From: a virus
Lineage: Duplodnaviria; Caudoviricetes
Reading direction: 5' to 3' (one strand)
IMG/VR virus record: IMGVR_UViG_3300025652_000066
Coordinates: 1-62,640 of that record
Length of the DNA: 62,640 bases
The position numbers and the translations under genes are program-made. The notes beneath the pieces are model-generated. The model did no database searches. It had not been told where the DNA came from and saw only the letters and a list, made by a program, of their open reading frames with translations. This document shows positions 40,761-50,711 of this stretch, in pieces. Each line of letters starts with the position of its first letter. The stretch's first letter is position 1.

Positions 40761-42908
40761 CTAGGATTCTTTAGTTTTAGTTTTGGCTTTTTCTTTATCA
40801 GCTCGCTCTGCTTGTTCTCGCTTCGCTTCGCCGTCTTGGATGGTAGCCAGCATCTTTATCTTTTGCTGGCCGACTGCTTTTTCTCGTTCTAGCTGAAGCT
40901 GCATGGCTTGTTTTTCTCTCGCCATCCACAACTCTGCATCTTGCTTCTCACGTGCCATTTCCAACTCCGCTGCTATCTTAGCGTGTTGTAATCTTAGCTC
41001 GCCTTGCCCGTCATCTTGCTGGTCTTTTTGCACTTCGGCCATTTCTTTACGGGCTCTTACTGCGTTGAGCGCTGCAGTAGATGATTTAACCTGGGTATCC
41101 GCTTCTTTGTCTTTATTTTCAAGTTCGAGTTTCTGCATCTCAAGCTGCTGCATTTTTTGCTCGGCTTCAGTTGCTTCACCGCCGCCTTGTAGTTCTTTAA
41201 TGCGTGCTGCTATTTCTGTTTTACGAGACAGATGACTATTCTCAATTAACACATCGTCAGGAATAGCGATGCCTAGTTGACGTAGCTCAAGTGCTTCTTG
41301 GAACTGCGTAGTCTCGAAGTCATCTCTTGCAGGAACGTTCGTAACAACAATGCCGTATTCACCTAGCGTTAGATCATTAATTAGCTGACCTTCTGGTGTC
41401 ATCTGGTTTACAGCCATCTGCTCAGTCTGTGCTGTTAAGTCACGACCGACGACTTGGATAACACGTTCTTCTGTGTAATAAGTCTGAACTAAATTTAAGA
41501 TCCGCTTAGCCAACATGTGGCGTGTTTTGGTTAGGTTATCTAGTGGTTTCGCTAAGTTGACAGCGCCAGCAGATTGTTTTGCTTTAATCGCTTTTGCTGC
41601 TACGTCGGCTCTATCCATGCCGCGCTGTGAATCAGAGATACCTGATATTTCTTTAATGAACTCATCTGACTTATACGTTACACGATCGAGGCCAGTTGGC
41701 ACTTGGTTCGGGCTGATCTTCTCTAGATCGTTTACATCTGTTAGCTCAAACACAACACCTGTTTCAGCGCCGCGTTCTTCCAGATCTTCTACATCCATGT
41801 TCTGTAGTGAGCCGGCTTTAACTTTGTAACCACTGTTTGCTGTGGTGTTGATAATGTGTAGTTCTTGACTTGACGCTTTGTTGAGCTGGTCTTGTGGAGA
41901 AAGGAGATTCTCGACTAAGCCAATCGTCCGTCCGTTACGAAGGTATGGGAAGTAAGGCACGATAGTAAAGTAGGTGTAAGGACTCCACTCGTCGAACAGC
42001 ACAATGTCATCAGCTGTTACCGTCCAGCGGATAGATTCCGCTAAGCGCTTAACCATTGACAAGCCTGCTTTGTTAGCAACATCTTGGCGTTTTGCACTGT
42101 CCCAGTTATCTGGAACCATACGCATGTCGCCTGCTTCGATGTCTACGAACCACCACGCATTTCGGATCTTACGGTATTGTCTTTCGATAATACGCACTTT
42201 ACGGCGTGTATTATCATTCTCTCTGTCACCTTCTGGAACTTGAAACGAGCCAGCAAACGTACCGTGGTAGCGTTCGGCTGAGTCGTACCCAAACTGGAAC
42301 TCGCTAGCCACTTTGGTCTTTAGGGTATCGGCGTGCTTTTTACTATAGAGTAGCTCGATGTCATTTATCGTTAGCCACTTAGTGATGAACACTTCTTTCC
42401 AGGTATCGGGATCGTACTCGTCTGCATCAGGATCTATAACGACATTACGGGGGTTTATACGCTTAAGGCGTACCTCGCCTTGCATGTGATCGTCAAAAGC
42501 AGCACGTACATCGAAGAAGCCACGACTTGTTATGAACCCATCGTTGGAGACTTCTGATTCAATATCATCGAGCTTGTTACTGTTGGTGATCTGAATGTAA
42601 ACTTTAGTGAGCGCGTCGGCGACTTCTTGTGTGCCATCTTTCAAGGGGCGAAAGGATACGTCTGCTCTATTACGCAGTTGCTCGCCCATAACCACAGCCA
42701 TAGTAGACATGATTTTATTTATGGTGAGTACTGGCTTGCCTTGCGATTCTAGTTTCTGGCGGACAGCTTCGTCCCACTGCTCTCCAGCAAAATACTTATC
42801 GCACAGGTCAGCCTTCTTGACGAAGTCAAGGTGGCCGTTGTCTCTCGCGTATGAGTATCGTTCGAACTGTTCGCTAGCTATTTCATAATCGGTCGGCATC
42901 CTTGCCAT
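40761..42908 (-). CDS. portal protein (N4/P22-like podovirus type)
   Basis: YFAGEQW...GKPVLTINKI, IDPDA.EYD, SPQDQLNK, C-terminal helical barrel. Confidence 0.9.
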   Translation of the reverse strand: MARMPTDYEIASEQFERYSYARDNGHLDFVKKADLCDKYFAGEQWDEAVRQKLESQGKPVLTINKIMSTMAVVMGEQLRNRADVSFRPLKDGTQEVADALTKVYIQITNSNKLDDIESEVSNDGFITSRGFFDVRAAFDDHMQGEVRLKRINPRNVVIDPDADEYDPDTWKEVFITKWLTINDIELLYSKKHADTLKTKVASEFQFGYDSAERYHGTFAGSFQVPEGDRENDNTRRKVRIIERQYRKIRNAWWFVDIEAGDMRMVPDNWDSAKRQDVANKAGLSMVKRLAESIRWTVTADDIVLFDEWSPYTYFTIVPYFPYLRNGRTIGLVENLLSPQDQLNKASSQELHIINTTANSGYKVKAGSLQNMDVEDLEERGAETGVVFELTDVNDLEKISPNQVPTGLDRVTYKSDEFIKEISGISDSQRGMDRADVAAKAIKAKQSAGAVNLAKPLDNLTKTRHMLAKRILNLVQTYYTEERVIQVVGRDLTAQTEQMAVNQMTPEGQLINDLTLGEYGIVVTNVPARDDFETTQFQEALELRQLGIAIPDDVLIENSHLSRKTEIAARIKELQGGGEATEAEQKMQQLEMQKLELENKDKEADTQVKSSTAALNAVRARKEMAEVQKDQQDDGQGELRLQHAKIAAELEMAREKQDAELWMAREKQAMQLQLEREKAVGQQKIKMLATIQDGEAKREQAERADKEKAKTKTKES

Positions 42909-42914
42909 CCTTGG
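42895..42914 (-). promoter_or_regulatory. two tandem CsrA-type hairpins across the portal start codon
   Basis: CCA-AGGA-TGG then GGCA-AGGA-TGCC. Confidence 0.7.
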
Positions 42915-42961
42915 TAAGGTTTATTAATGGGTATGATACAGTATTTTACGTGACTGTACTA

Positions 42962-43900
42962 TCAGAACTTATATATAGTGACGCCGTGCGTCTCAGTCCA
43001 GAAATCACTAGCGGGCGCTAATACGGAGGTTAAAAAAACATTATTGCTGAAACCATACGAAACGATACCATAAACCTCATTGCCTACTGCTTTGGCGCCA
43101 GGGTCATAAGAGGGGACGTTGTCAAGCCCTGTTGACTCTATTAACCAGGATACGCCATTATCAATCGAGCTCACAATATCGTTCGTTGCTTCTCCGAATA
43201 AATAAATAGTACCATTCTCAAGTGCGACGCCATTGGAATAACTCTTGTTAGGTGCGCCGCTTTGGCTTATCCAGGCGAGGCCATCTGTGCTGGTCAACAC
43301 GACGCCTTCGTAGGAGACCAAACAAAAAACCGCACCATTATGGACAACGCAGGGCCAGTAGTCCTCGACGGGTAGGGCCGCGGCAGTCCAGCTTTTTCCA
43401 TCTGTGCTGTGTATATATGACCCATAACCGGCGGCGATATAGCGCGTTCCACTATCCGCTACGGTGTAGTAGTCACCCGTGGGGTAATTGATGGTACTAC
43501 GTGTTGTACCGTCTGTTGTCCATAAGCCGCTGGAAGAGCCTATGATAAAAGCAAAGTCGTTGGTTCGGGCTAAATGTAAGGCGTACCAATTCGGGCCTGA
43601 TGGAAGTGAAGTCGTCTGCACCCAATTTATGCCGTCGCTACTGATATCAACATTGAGGTCCAGACTGCTCCCCGCTGTAGTGGACAAATAGGTCGTGGGT
43701 AGTTTAACTACCGCACTGCCTGAGGCCGAGGTATATTCCCAAATACCAACGGGGAAATCCGAGAGCGGCATATATGAGTTCTGATCCCCACCTGTTAGGG
43801 CATATATGTAATCGCCGGCAATCGATACGCCTAAGTAGTTCCCATTATAGAGCCCGAAACCATCTGTCCCCTGGACTTCGTGTAATTCTAATATATCCAT
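42962..43900 (-). CDS. BNR/Asp-box-like beta-propeller protein (start 43900 or 43912)
   Basis: Repeated S.DG..W motifs (SSDGINW, STDGKSW, STDGLAW, SIDNGVSW). Confidence 0.65.
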   Translation of the reverse strand: MDILELHEVQGTDGFGLYNGNYLGVSIAGDYIYALTGGDQNSYMPLSDFPVGIWEYTSASGSAVVKLPTTYLSTTAGSSLDLNVDISSDGINWVQTTSLPSGPNWYALHLARTNDFAFIIGSSSGLWTTDGTTRSTINYPTGDYYTVADSGTRYIAAGYGSYIHSTDGKSWTAAALPVEDYWPCVVHNGAVFCLVSYEGVVLTSTDGLAWISQSGAPNKSYSNGVALENGTIYLFGEATNDIVSSIDNGVSWLIESTGLDNVPSYDPGAKAVGNEVYGIVSYGFSNNVFLTSVLAPASDFWTETHGVTIYKF

Positions 43901-43953
43901 TAGCAGTTCCATGCTGAAGTATTACCTAATCCTGTCCAGAATATACAACTCAT
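43900..43953 (-). CDS. 17 aa coupling peptide MSCIFWTGLGNTSAWNC
   Basis: ATGA overlap upstream and TAATG overlap downstream. Confidence 0.4.
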   Translation of the reverse strand: MSCIFWTGLGNTSAWNC

Positions 43954-45131
43954 AATTTTATCTCGTGTACTACGACTTGAGCATAGTAGTTCCCGTCAGG
44001 GTGGTATTCATCCCCTTCAAAGGCTATGTATGTTGTGTTACCGAAACTAGTTACTTTAGGGTTCGCTATATATTCATACTCTCCAATAGAGTAAGGCGCT
44101 TCAAATATCTGCGTTTGTCGGTTAAAAAGAGATACTTTCAAACTGTATTTACTACCATTAAACTCACTGTATAACACTACGTAACTATTTCCACATGGGA
44201 AGATGCCGCTTTCCCACCCATCCATGTAGGATATATGAGGAAAGTCAGTTAGTGTTTGGATTACGCCGTCTTTCTTCCATATGTATCGTGTTACAGTTGG
44301 GTTCCCACTTAAACGTTTAGAGTTTTCTAAAGCCATCATTTCTTTATCAGTATGACTAGCTACTCCAGAAGGAAACCACTTATTGAGATTAAATTCGGTT
44401 GGAAACATCTGGGTCTTAGTCCACGTAGAACCGTTGTCATCAGAAATATATTCTTGGGATGCTGAATCGTCATTGAAGTTATTAGTAGGCTCGTTAGTAT
44501 ACAAGCGAATCTTGTTATATGGCAAAGTCTGCATACTTATTACTCTGGGGTATAAGTTACCCGCAGAAACTGGATACGGCGTAGATTTCAGCGCCCATCC
44601 TACACCGACAGTATGTTCCCATACTTCTATCCGGTGATCCGCACTAGAATCAGGAGTATAACTTACAGCAACTAGCGCTTTCCCTGCACTGTTTTGGCAC
44701 CCGGATAACTGAGACCCGACATTTATGGCAGCCCCAACTATAGTTTCGGCAGCGCTCCATGTATCACCATTGTCGCTTGATCGCCAGAACGCACTAAGTT
44801 TTCCGGCAATCGCAGTGACTGCCGTAATATATAGATCATTCCCTACAGGAAATATAAATCGATCGAAAATGCTACCATTATTATTATTTTCTATTTCTAC
44901 TGGTGTAGACCATCCACTTCCTACTTCTTTTTTAGCGTACCAAAGATCGTAGTTCTCTTCGAATATAAGATGAAGCGTTCCATCAGGAGTAGTGGTTATA
45001 TCAATATAATCATCCCATGCAGTTTCAGACGGGTTAATTATATATTTCTTGCCTAAATCGTATTGTGCTTCAGTGACAGCCTTTTCTGCTCGCCAAAAAC
45101 CACCATTCTGATTTGCCCAACACCCACTCAT
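43950..45131 (-). CDS. Asp-box (sialidase-like fold) beta-propeller protein
   Basis: SSDNGDTW and SDDNGSTW Asp-boxes. Confidence 0.65.
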   Translation of the reverse strand: MSGCWANQNGGFWRAEKAVTEAQYDLGKKYIINPSETAWDDYIDITTTPDGTLHLIFEENYDLWYAKKEVGSGWSTPVEIENNNNGSIFDRFIFPVGNDLYITAVTAIAGKLSAFWRSSDNGDTWSAAETIVGAAINVGSQLSGCQNSAGKALVAVSYTPDSSADHRIEVWEHTVGVGWALKSTPYPVSAGNLYPRVISMQTLPYNKIRLYTNEPTNNFNDDSASQEYISDDNGSTWTKTQMFPTEFNLNKWFPSGVASHTDKEMMALENSKRLSGNPTVTRYIWKKDGVIQTLTDFPHISYMDGWESGIFPCGNSYVVLYSEFNGSKYSLKVSLFNRQTQIFEAPYSIGEYEYIANPKVTSFGNTTYIAFEGDEYHPDGNYYAQVVVHEIKL

Positions 45132-46669
45132 CAGCTTGCCCTCGTTCCGTCGCAGCGGAGAGTCTGCGTGTTTGATCCATCGGTGACTGTGTACGTACCG
45201 TCGCTGTTAGCTGTCCAGACTAAGCCGCTAGTAAACGTAATAGTGCTCTGTCCATCTTTTAAACTCTGTGGAGCATCAGGATCATCGCTAGCAGCGTAAA
45301 ACTTACCGCCACTCATTATGATGTCGTAGTGTCCGTCTGAGGGCCAGCTTTCTTCGGTTGGTGCCGTGGCTACACAGCCTTCCTCAACTCCATGATATTC
45401 TGGGTTACATAGGTAGGCATTCGCGTTCTCTTCACCGATAGTTATATCGTCTGGTTGAGCCCCGTCGTATATATGGGTACGGGTACGCTGTACGACAGCA
45501 ACGAACTCACTAGCTAACCTTATAAATACGCAATCGTAGTATCGTGTGTACCACCCATATGCGTCGATATGTCTCGACCCGCCTTCTGGGGTCCATACTG
45601 CATAATATTCTCTAACTGCGGCTGCAGGAGTAGAGGCCTGCCCTTGTTTTAAATATGTCCCCGACGCCCGACTCCAAAACCTACCTGGAATCCAGTTAGG
45701 AATTAGTGGAGCTCCGTTCTCCCAGCCTGCCGGTACAGCTATAGTGCCGTCACAGCCTTTGAATGTAACTGTATCGCCTGACGTAGCATCAATCATTCCA
45801 GTTACGGAGCCTACTCCACCGCTGCTTGGTAATCCTGGTGAAGCGCCGTCGGATGCTTCAGCGAAGTCATTCTCACCGAAGGGTTCTGTTACCGGTAGCG
45901 GTTCGTTGTTTAGTAAATCATTAATATCATACGACGTTCCTGTCTCGTCCGTGCAGGACGTTGACGCGCCGAAGAGTGATGCGCCTCTCCAAAAGCAACT
46001 AGATACGCCGTTCACGATAAGATTACCGTCAGCATCATAGGCCGCAGTCGTTCCGCCCTGGTCTATTGAGTACCCGTCGTCAGTGGCGGTTAACGTCTCT
46101 CCGCCGCCAAGCGCTAGTGATGAATCACTCGAGCCAGGACTTGGAGCGTCAGGGTCATATTGATTAGTTTCAAAGTTGCCATTAATTAGTGCTACGTCAT
46201 AGCATGTATCTGAAGTCCACCCAGATGTATCAGTTGGTGCTACTGATGGACAGAAGGTGTCTACGTCTACGGTGCACAGTACAGTAGTAATCAGCCTGCT
46301 AGTGAGCGGCTGCCAGCCGCCAGAGAAATACTCAACCTGCACTTGTTGTCCCGAATCAACAACTCTGAATGAGTAGCCGCCAGATGCGTTCGCTTGGATA
46401 TACTCCTTGCAATCAGCCATCATTTGATGCGCATCAGCATAAGCTAGCGCTTCAGTGTGAAAATAGCTCTGCACATTAGGTGCGACCCATGTTGCGCCAT
46501 TAAATGACGCATCAGGGAACCCACTGCTAGACCCTCGCTCGCCCTGTACCCAACCATCGATGGCAGGAGGAGTGTCAGCATCTACCCAACCTTCAGGGAC
46601 TGGATAAGTTCCGTCGGTATGTAGAATAAAGCAGTTGCCATCTGCATCTTGCATAGGGATACTAGCCAT
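45131..46669 (-). CDS. hypothetical protein made of two homologous modules
   Basis: Internal duplication: DGT..VP.GW...AP....W.SD..YD.....G.F.....DPDAP occurs twice. Confidence 0.6.
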   Translation of the reverse strand: MASIPMQDADGNCFILHTDGTYPVPEGWVDADTPPAIDGWVQGERGSSSGFPDASFNGATWVAPNVQSYFHTEALAYADAHQMMADCKEYIQANASGGYSFRVVDSGQQVQVEYFSGGWQPLTSRLITTVLCTVDVDTFCPSVAPTDTSGWTSDTCYDVALINGNFETNQYDPDAPSPGSSDSSLALGGGETLTATDDGYSIDQGGTTAAYDADGNLIVNGVSSCFWRGASLFGASTSCTDETGTSYDINDLLNNEPLPVTEPFGENDFAEASDGASPGLPSSGGVGSVTGMIDATSGDTVTFKGCDGTIAVPAGWENGAPLIPNWIPGRFWSRASGTYLKQGQASTPAAAVREYYAVWTPEGGSRHIDAYGWYTRYYDCVFIRLASEFVAVVQRTRTHIYDGAQPDDITIGEENANAYLCNPEYHGVEEGCVATAPTEESWPSDGHYDIIMSGGKFYAASDDPDAPQSLKDGQSTITFTSGLVWTANSDGTYTVTDGSNTQTLRCDGTRAS

Positions 46670-48666
46670 TAGACTGACATCGGGTCTTTAGAACCCGCGC
46701 CTTGTGTGAATGCTTTTAGTTTGTCTTTCCAGCTGGCGTGCTCTTGCGCTTTAGGCGCGCGAGGTGCAGGGAAGCGCATCGCCATACGGACGACCCATGA
46801 CAACGCATCGACGATATCGTCGTGGACACCACCAGGGAACCGCATTAACTCAAACACCGCTTGCTCAACCCACGGTTGATTGCTGGGGAAGAAGACCATG
46901 CCTTGCTGCATACGGCCTTGTAACGGGCGAGCGCGTACTGACTTATCGTTAATAGGTGTAAGTGCATCCTTGCCCTCTGCCAACGTAAAGAACGCTTTTC
47001 GTTCTTGCATACGCCGAGCCAATATAGGTTTAATAGCCATCTCGAGATGTCCTTTCTCGATACCGACTAACTGGGGTTTGTAACGCATGGCGGTATCAAT
47101 GATTGTTTCAACAATACCAAGCGCATCCCATCGTCCTCTTATTATATCAAGAACATGGATCTGGTCCAAGTAATCAACACCGATGACAGCGCCTACCGTG
47201 TAATCGTTGGTCTGTTTCTCACCGATAGCCAAATCCCAGGCGATGTATACATTGTACTTGTGACCGACAGGCGTATACGGCTCCATCCTAAACATACCTT
47301 TAGTGAAGTACACACCTTCGTCAGGGACAGGATTTTGCTGGTATAACGCAGACCAATGTCGTGGCTGCATTGAGCGCCGCATATTAAGCAGTCGTGAATA
47401 AGGGAAGCGACTCTCATGGAGTGGCTCGTCCTTCTCACGTAGCAATCGATAGCCGTCCTCAAGGTCAATGATATCTTTACCCTGAATAATTTGATGCGTC
47501 TCTAAATCTTCATACTCGTCATCAGTAGCAATCGCAGGGTAAGAAACAATCTCCCATTTATCAATAGAATCCATCTCAAATTGATATGACTTTATTTCGC
47601 CCTGTATGTTCGCCCGCTCTAGGTCGTTAGATGCAGCAGCTATCCGATCTCGTGCTTCTGCGATGAGTTCTTCCAGCTCGGCTGTCTGCTCCTGCATCTG
47701 CAGTATCATACGACCACTCAAATCATCATCGTGCCAGCGGGTCTGGATTACAAGTGTCCCACCACCAGGCGCAAGACGCGTCTTCGCAGTAGAGCCCCAC
47801 CAATCCCACGTTTTTTCGCGCATAGTTTCCGAATCAGCTTCCTCTGCATCCTTAACCGGATCGTCAATGATGAAGACGTGCGCACCTTTACCTGTGATAC
47901 CACCCCCGACGCCCGCTGCAACATACCCACCTCCTGCTGTAGTAGCCCACGCTTCTGCGGCTTGGCTAGATTTAGATAAGGTCGCTTTAGGAAAGATAGC
48001 TTTGTACGTCGGCGTCTGCATCATGTCCCGCACCTTGCGAGAGAACCCCATCGGCAGTGACACGTTGTACGAGCTTGCTATAATCTCAAACGTAGGGTGA
48101 TGCCCTAATATATACGCAGGGAAGTTCTTTGACGCTATCTCACTCTTGCCGTGACGGGGTGGCATGGCTAAGATCAACCTGGGGCTTTTCTTGTCGACCA
48201 CATCTTGTAAGAACCGTTCTAACCGGTCACATATATCTTCGTGCACCCAGCCTGGTTCATAATCCGGCTTAAACTTCTGAATAAAGTGCAGTAGCCTACG
48301 GCGTGCTAACACCCGCGACGCTAACTCTCTATCCGCCATGGTAGCGGCGGTCACCGCTTTTTTCTTCACTTCCTTCTCTTTCAGAGCAAGCCGCGCCATC
48401 CGTTTCTGGTCGTACACCTTCTGATTACGTACGCCTTGCACGACTTTACGGTGTGACTCACGCTCAGCTGCAGCGGTCGCTATCTTCTCATTCCGTCGCT
48501 TAGCGACATCCGCTGCTAGCTTATCCGTGCTCGTCGTGTCACAACTCGTACACGTTGTACTATAGGTCGCTGGGTTACGGGTGAGCTGCTGAAAGCTCTT
48601 AACCGTTCTATCCTTACTACAGACCTCACACTTCATCTTCATCAAACTCCGCGTCGATAATCCCAT
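46669..48666 (-). CDS. terL: terminase large subunit
   Basis: MPPRHGKS Walker A, ITGKGAH..IIDDP Walker B, IQTRWHDDDL, ALYQQNP, WDLA, HDDIVDA. Confidence 0.95.
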   Translation of the reverse strand: MGLSTRSLMKMKCEVCSKDRTVKSFQQLTRNPATYSTTCTSCDTTSTDKLAADVAKRRNEKIATAAAERESHRKVVQGVRNQKVYDQKRMARLALKEKEVKKKAVTAATMADRELASRVLARRRLLHFIQKFKPDYEPGWVHEDICDRLERFLQDVVDKKSPRLILAMPPRHGKSEIASKNFPAYILGHHPTFEIIASSYNVSLPMGFSRKVRDMMQTPTYKAIFPKATLSKSSQAAEAWATTAGGGYVAAGVGGGITGKGAHVFIIDDPVKDAEEADSETMREKTWDWWGSTAKTRLAPGGGTLVIQTRWHDDDLSGRMILQMQEQTAELEELIAEARDRIAAASNDLERANIQGEIKSYQFEMDSIDKWEIVSYPAIATDDEYEDLETHQIIQGKDIIDLEDGYRLLREKDEPLHESRFPYSRLLNMRRSMQPRHWSALYQQNPVPDEGVYFTKGMFRMEPYTPVGHKYNVYIAWDLAIGEKQTNDYTVGAVIGVDYLDQIHVLDIIRGRWDALGIVETIIDTAMRYKPQLVGIEKGHLEMAIKPILARRMQERKAFFTLAEGKDALTPINDKSVRARPLQGRMQQGMVFFPSNQPWVEQAVFELMRFPGGVHDDIVDALSWVVRMAMRFPAPRAPKAQEHASWKDKLKAFTQGAGSKDPMSV

Positions 48667-49150
48667 TCAAATGAGATTCCTCAACTTCCAGCTCTTGTGC
48701 GGGGTTAATCTGTCCTTGTGCTTCTGTCATCGCCAACAGCTCGTCATCACTGAGCTCATTCAACCGATTAACAAAATCCTTCTGACTATTACTAAGCTCA
48801 ATCTGTGCACGCTCTATCTCATAGAAGCCACACATCTTATTAATCTCACTAGCGGCGCGTACCATCGCGTTGGCGTCGTCTGTCAGCTTTGCAACATCAA
48901 ACGCCTCCATCACCATGGCCTGTACTTTATCTCGGGTCATCTTCATTGCGGATTGATTCCTTTCAAGGCGCACATTCATCTCCGACCGCATCTTAGGATC
49001 TGCAGTCTGAAGCTCAACGTATTTACGGGGGTTTTGCGAGCCAGCTTTCTTAGCGGCTTGGGTCTTGGACATACCGAGCTCACAAAATTGCAGGTATCGC
49101 CACTGCATATCTGAGAACTGGCTTTTGTAACCCACTAAATCCTGGGGCAT
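48626..49150 (-). CDS. terS: terminase small subunit
   Basis: SKTQAAKKAG HTH, helical core, LSDDEL; immediately upstream of TerL. Confidence 0.75.
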   Translation of the reverse strand: MPQDLVGYKSQFSDMQWRYLQFCELGMSKTQAAKKAGSQNPRKYVELQTADPKMRSEMNVRLERNQSAMKMTRDKVQAMVMEAFDVAKLTDDANAMVRAASEINKMCGFYEIERAQIELSNSQKDFVNRLNELSDDELLAMTEAQGQINPAQELEVEESHLNGIIDAEFDEDEV

Positions 49151-49153
49151 GGC

Positions 49154-49169
49154 TACTCATCCTTGAGTA
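49154..49169 (-). promoter_or_regulatory. CsrA-type hairpin on terS RBS
   Basis: TACTCA-AGGA-TGAGTA, 3 nt before ATG. Confidence 0.7.
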
Positions 49170-49247
49170 ATTGACTTAGAGCATAGTATAGCAGCTTTGT
49201 AAAGCCTGTCCATGTAACGACGTGTGGACGACCATGTAGCGGCGTTG

Positions 49248-49661
49248 CTAAGAAACCGTGTACGAGTTCCCCTTTGCTGTGTTGTCAGCGTGGGATAGCG
49301 CTTGTAGGTTACTAGGTACGTGCAAGCCGCAAACTAAGAGGCCTCGTAGCGGGATAATGTGATCCATATCTTGTCCTGATACTAGCTTTGAGTACGCTTC
49401 ATAGAAGTCAGGGCCAGATACCCAACGAGGTATAACCGTCCGCTTCTTCAGCTTCTTCCAGGCGTCTTTCGCCCGAGCTCTCCCAAGACGGAGTAAACAT
49501 ACGTCCTGCTTCTTACTCACGCGATGTCGCTTTGAATAGCTCGAATTACGTACGGCGCGTCGACAACTTATGCACGAGGCATCTAGGCCGTCCTTGCTTT
49601 TCACCCTGTTACCGAACTCTGCTTTGCTGAGCGTACGCTCACACTGGCTGCATTTCTTCAT
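49248..49661 (-). CDS. HNH endonuclease (possibly packaging-associated)
   Basis: KKCSQC...CISC; DHIIPL.G..VCGLHVPSNLQ.L...DN..K.N. Confidence 0.85.
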   Translation of the reverse strand: MKKCSQCERTLSKAEFGNRVKSKDGLDASCISCRRAVRNSSYSKRHRVSKKQDVCLLRLGRARAKDAWKKLKKRTVIPRWVSGPDFYEAYSKLVSGQDMDHIIPLRGLLVCGLHVPSNLQALSHADNTAKGNSYTVS

Positions 49662-49695
49662 CTGCTACTTCCTTATAGCTTGCTAAGTCGGATTC

Positions 49696-49704
49696 ATTAT
49701 AGCA
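49696..49704 (-). promoter_or_regulatory. extended -10 promoter for late block
   Basis: TGCTATAAT on minus strand; similar TGCTATACT upstream of terS near 49185-49193. Confidence 0.5.
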
Positions 49705-50150
49705 GCGCTGGCTATTTTTAAAAAATTTTTTTCGGCAAAAATGGGTATCTCAGGGGCTCAGCCTACCCTACCCCCTTACGTAGTGAGCGGGGTCGGTTCG
49801 GATTCCGATTCTCAGACTTCGGTCTGGAGTCCCACGCTCTGTGTACAGAGAAACAACTTCGTTGCTTCTCATCCTCAGCCCCTCAGCGTAGCGCAGGTTC
49901 AGTATCAAAAACAACGGCACGTTGTATTGTGAGACTAGAACCTGCGCAAGCTAGCTTAGTATACCACGCACAGCGACACGCAACCGCCTCTCCCCTCGTA
50001 CCACATCACGCTATAGCTACGTCTACGTGCTATAGACAACTCTGTTGGCATGTGCTAGGAGACCGGGAGCGGAGGGACAACACACTCGTAGAGAATCAGG
50101 TATGTCAATACATCATTGTATACACAGGAGTTGTTGTTTTAATACCACAC

Positions 50151-50210
50151 ACGTGCCAGCAGAGCATGGCACTACATTGGTTTACCTATGTGTACTAGGC
50201 ATCTTCGCCT
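50151..50210 (+). repeat. early leader element, copy 1
   Basis: GTGCCA-GCAGAGCA-TGGCAC TACATTGGTTTACCTATGTGTAC + AGGC-ATCTTC-GCCT. Confidence 0.8.
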
Positions 50211-50231
50211 CATTCATTAGGAGTACATCTC

Positions 50232-50468
50232 ATGTCAACTAACAAAGAAAACTTGGTTTCTATCGCTCGCGATTCTGTTCAAATCTCACGCACACTTGCA
50301 GGCATAACCGTTCAGCTTGCGGGTGCAGGCGTGGTCGTAGCAGGCGTAGCCATTGCGGCCGCTGGTGCTAGCGTGTCAATGGCTGGCGTTAAGATTGAAG
50401 GCGAAATGAACTTCGTTCGTCGCATGAGTAACAAGATGGAACGCATGATGGCTAAAGAAGCTCGCTAA
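50232..50468 (+). CDS. early hypothetical protein with hydrophobic helix
   Basis: AGGAG RBS; followed by terminator. Confidence 0.7.
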   Translation: MSTNKENLVSIARDSVQISRTLAGITVQLAGAGVVVAGVAIAAAGASVSMAGVKIEGEMNFVRRMSNKMERMMAKEAR

Positions 50469-50489
50469 CGTTTCGGTCGCTAGTCTCTC

Positions 50490-50520
50490 AGCCTCAACAC
50501 TTCGGTGTTGGGGCTATTTT
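50490..50520 (+). terminator. intrinsic terminator
   Basis: AGCCTCAACAC-TTCG-GTGTTGGGGCT-ATTTT. Confidence 0.8.
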
Positions 50521-50567
50521 GGTTTACCTATGTATAAGCACTTTCGCTTAATACTAGGAGTTCTACC

Positions 50568-50711
50568 ATGTTTTCATATCGTCAGTACAAAAAACAGCAA
50601 GCTAAGAACGAAGCAGTCTTCCGCATGGAAATATGCTTCATCTGTTTCATGGCGGGCTTGTTCGCCATGGATGCCTACTTGGGCAACTTCTACCTACTTG
50701 GAGGTGTGTAA
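50568..50711 (+). CDS. 47 aa single-TM early protein (not in ORF track)
   Basis: AGGAG RBS; MFSYRQYKKQQAKNEAVFRMEICFICFMAGLFAMDAYLGNFYLLGGV; TAATG coupling. Confidence 0.6.
   Translation: MFSYRQYKKQQAKNEAVFRMEICFICFMAGLFAMDAYLGNFYLLGGV

Noticed and set aside
20937-48100. Numerous + strand ORFs antisense to late genes
   Set aside because: Shadow ORFs of long coding frames, without clear RBSs or recognisable motifs.
50177-50205. TTGGTTTACC core as a sigma70 -35 element
   Set aside because: No consistent -10 hexamer at 16-18 bp across the three copies.
49741-50242. Track ORFs 49741, 49929, 50045 (also 50530, 51007 extension, 55564)
   Set aside because: They cross hairpin-rich regulatory DNA, or are displaced by better RBS-supported ORFs in other frames.
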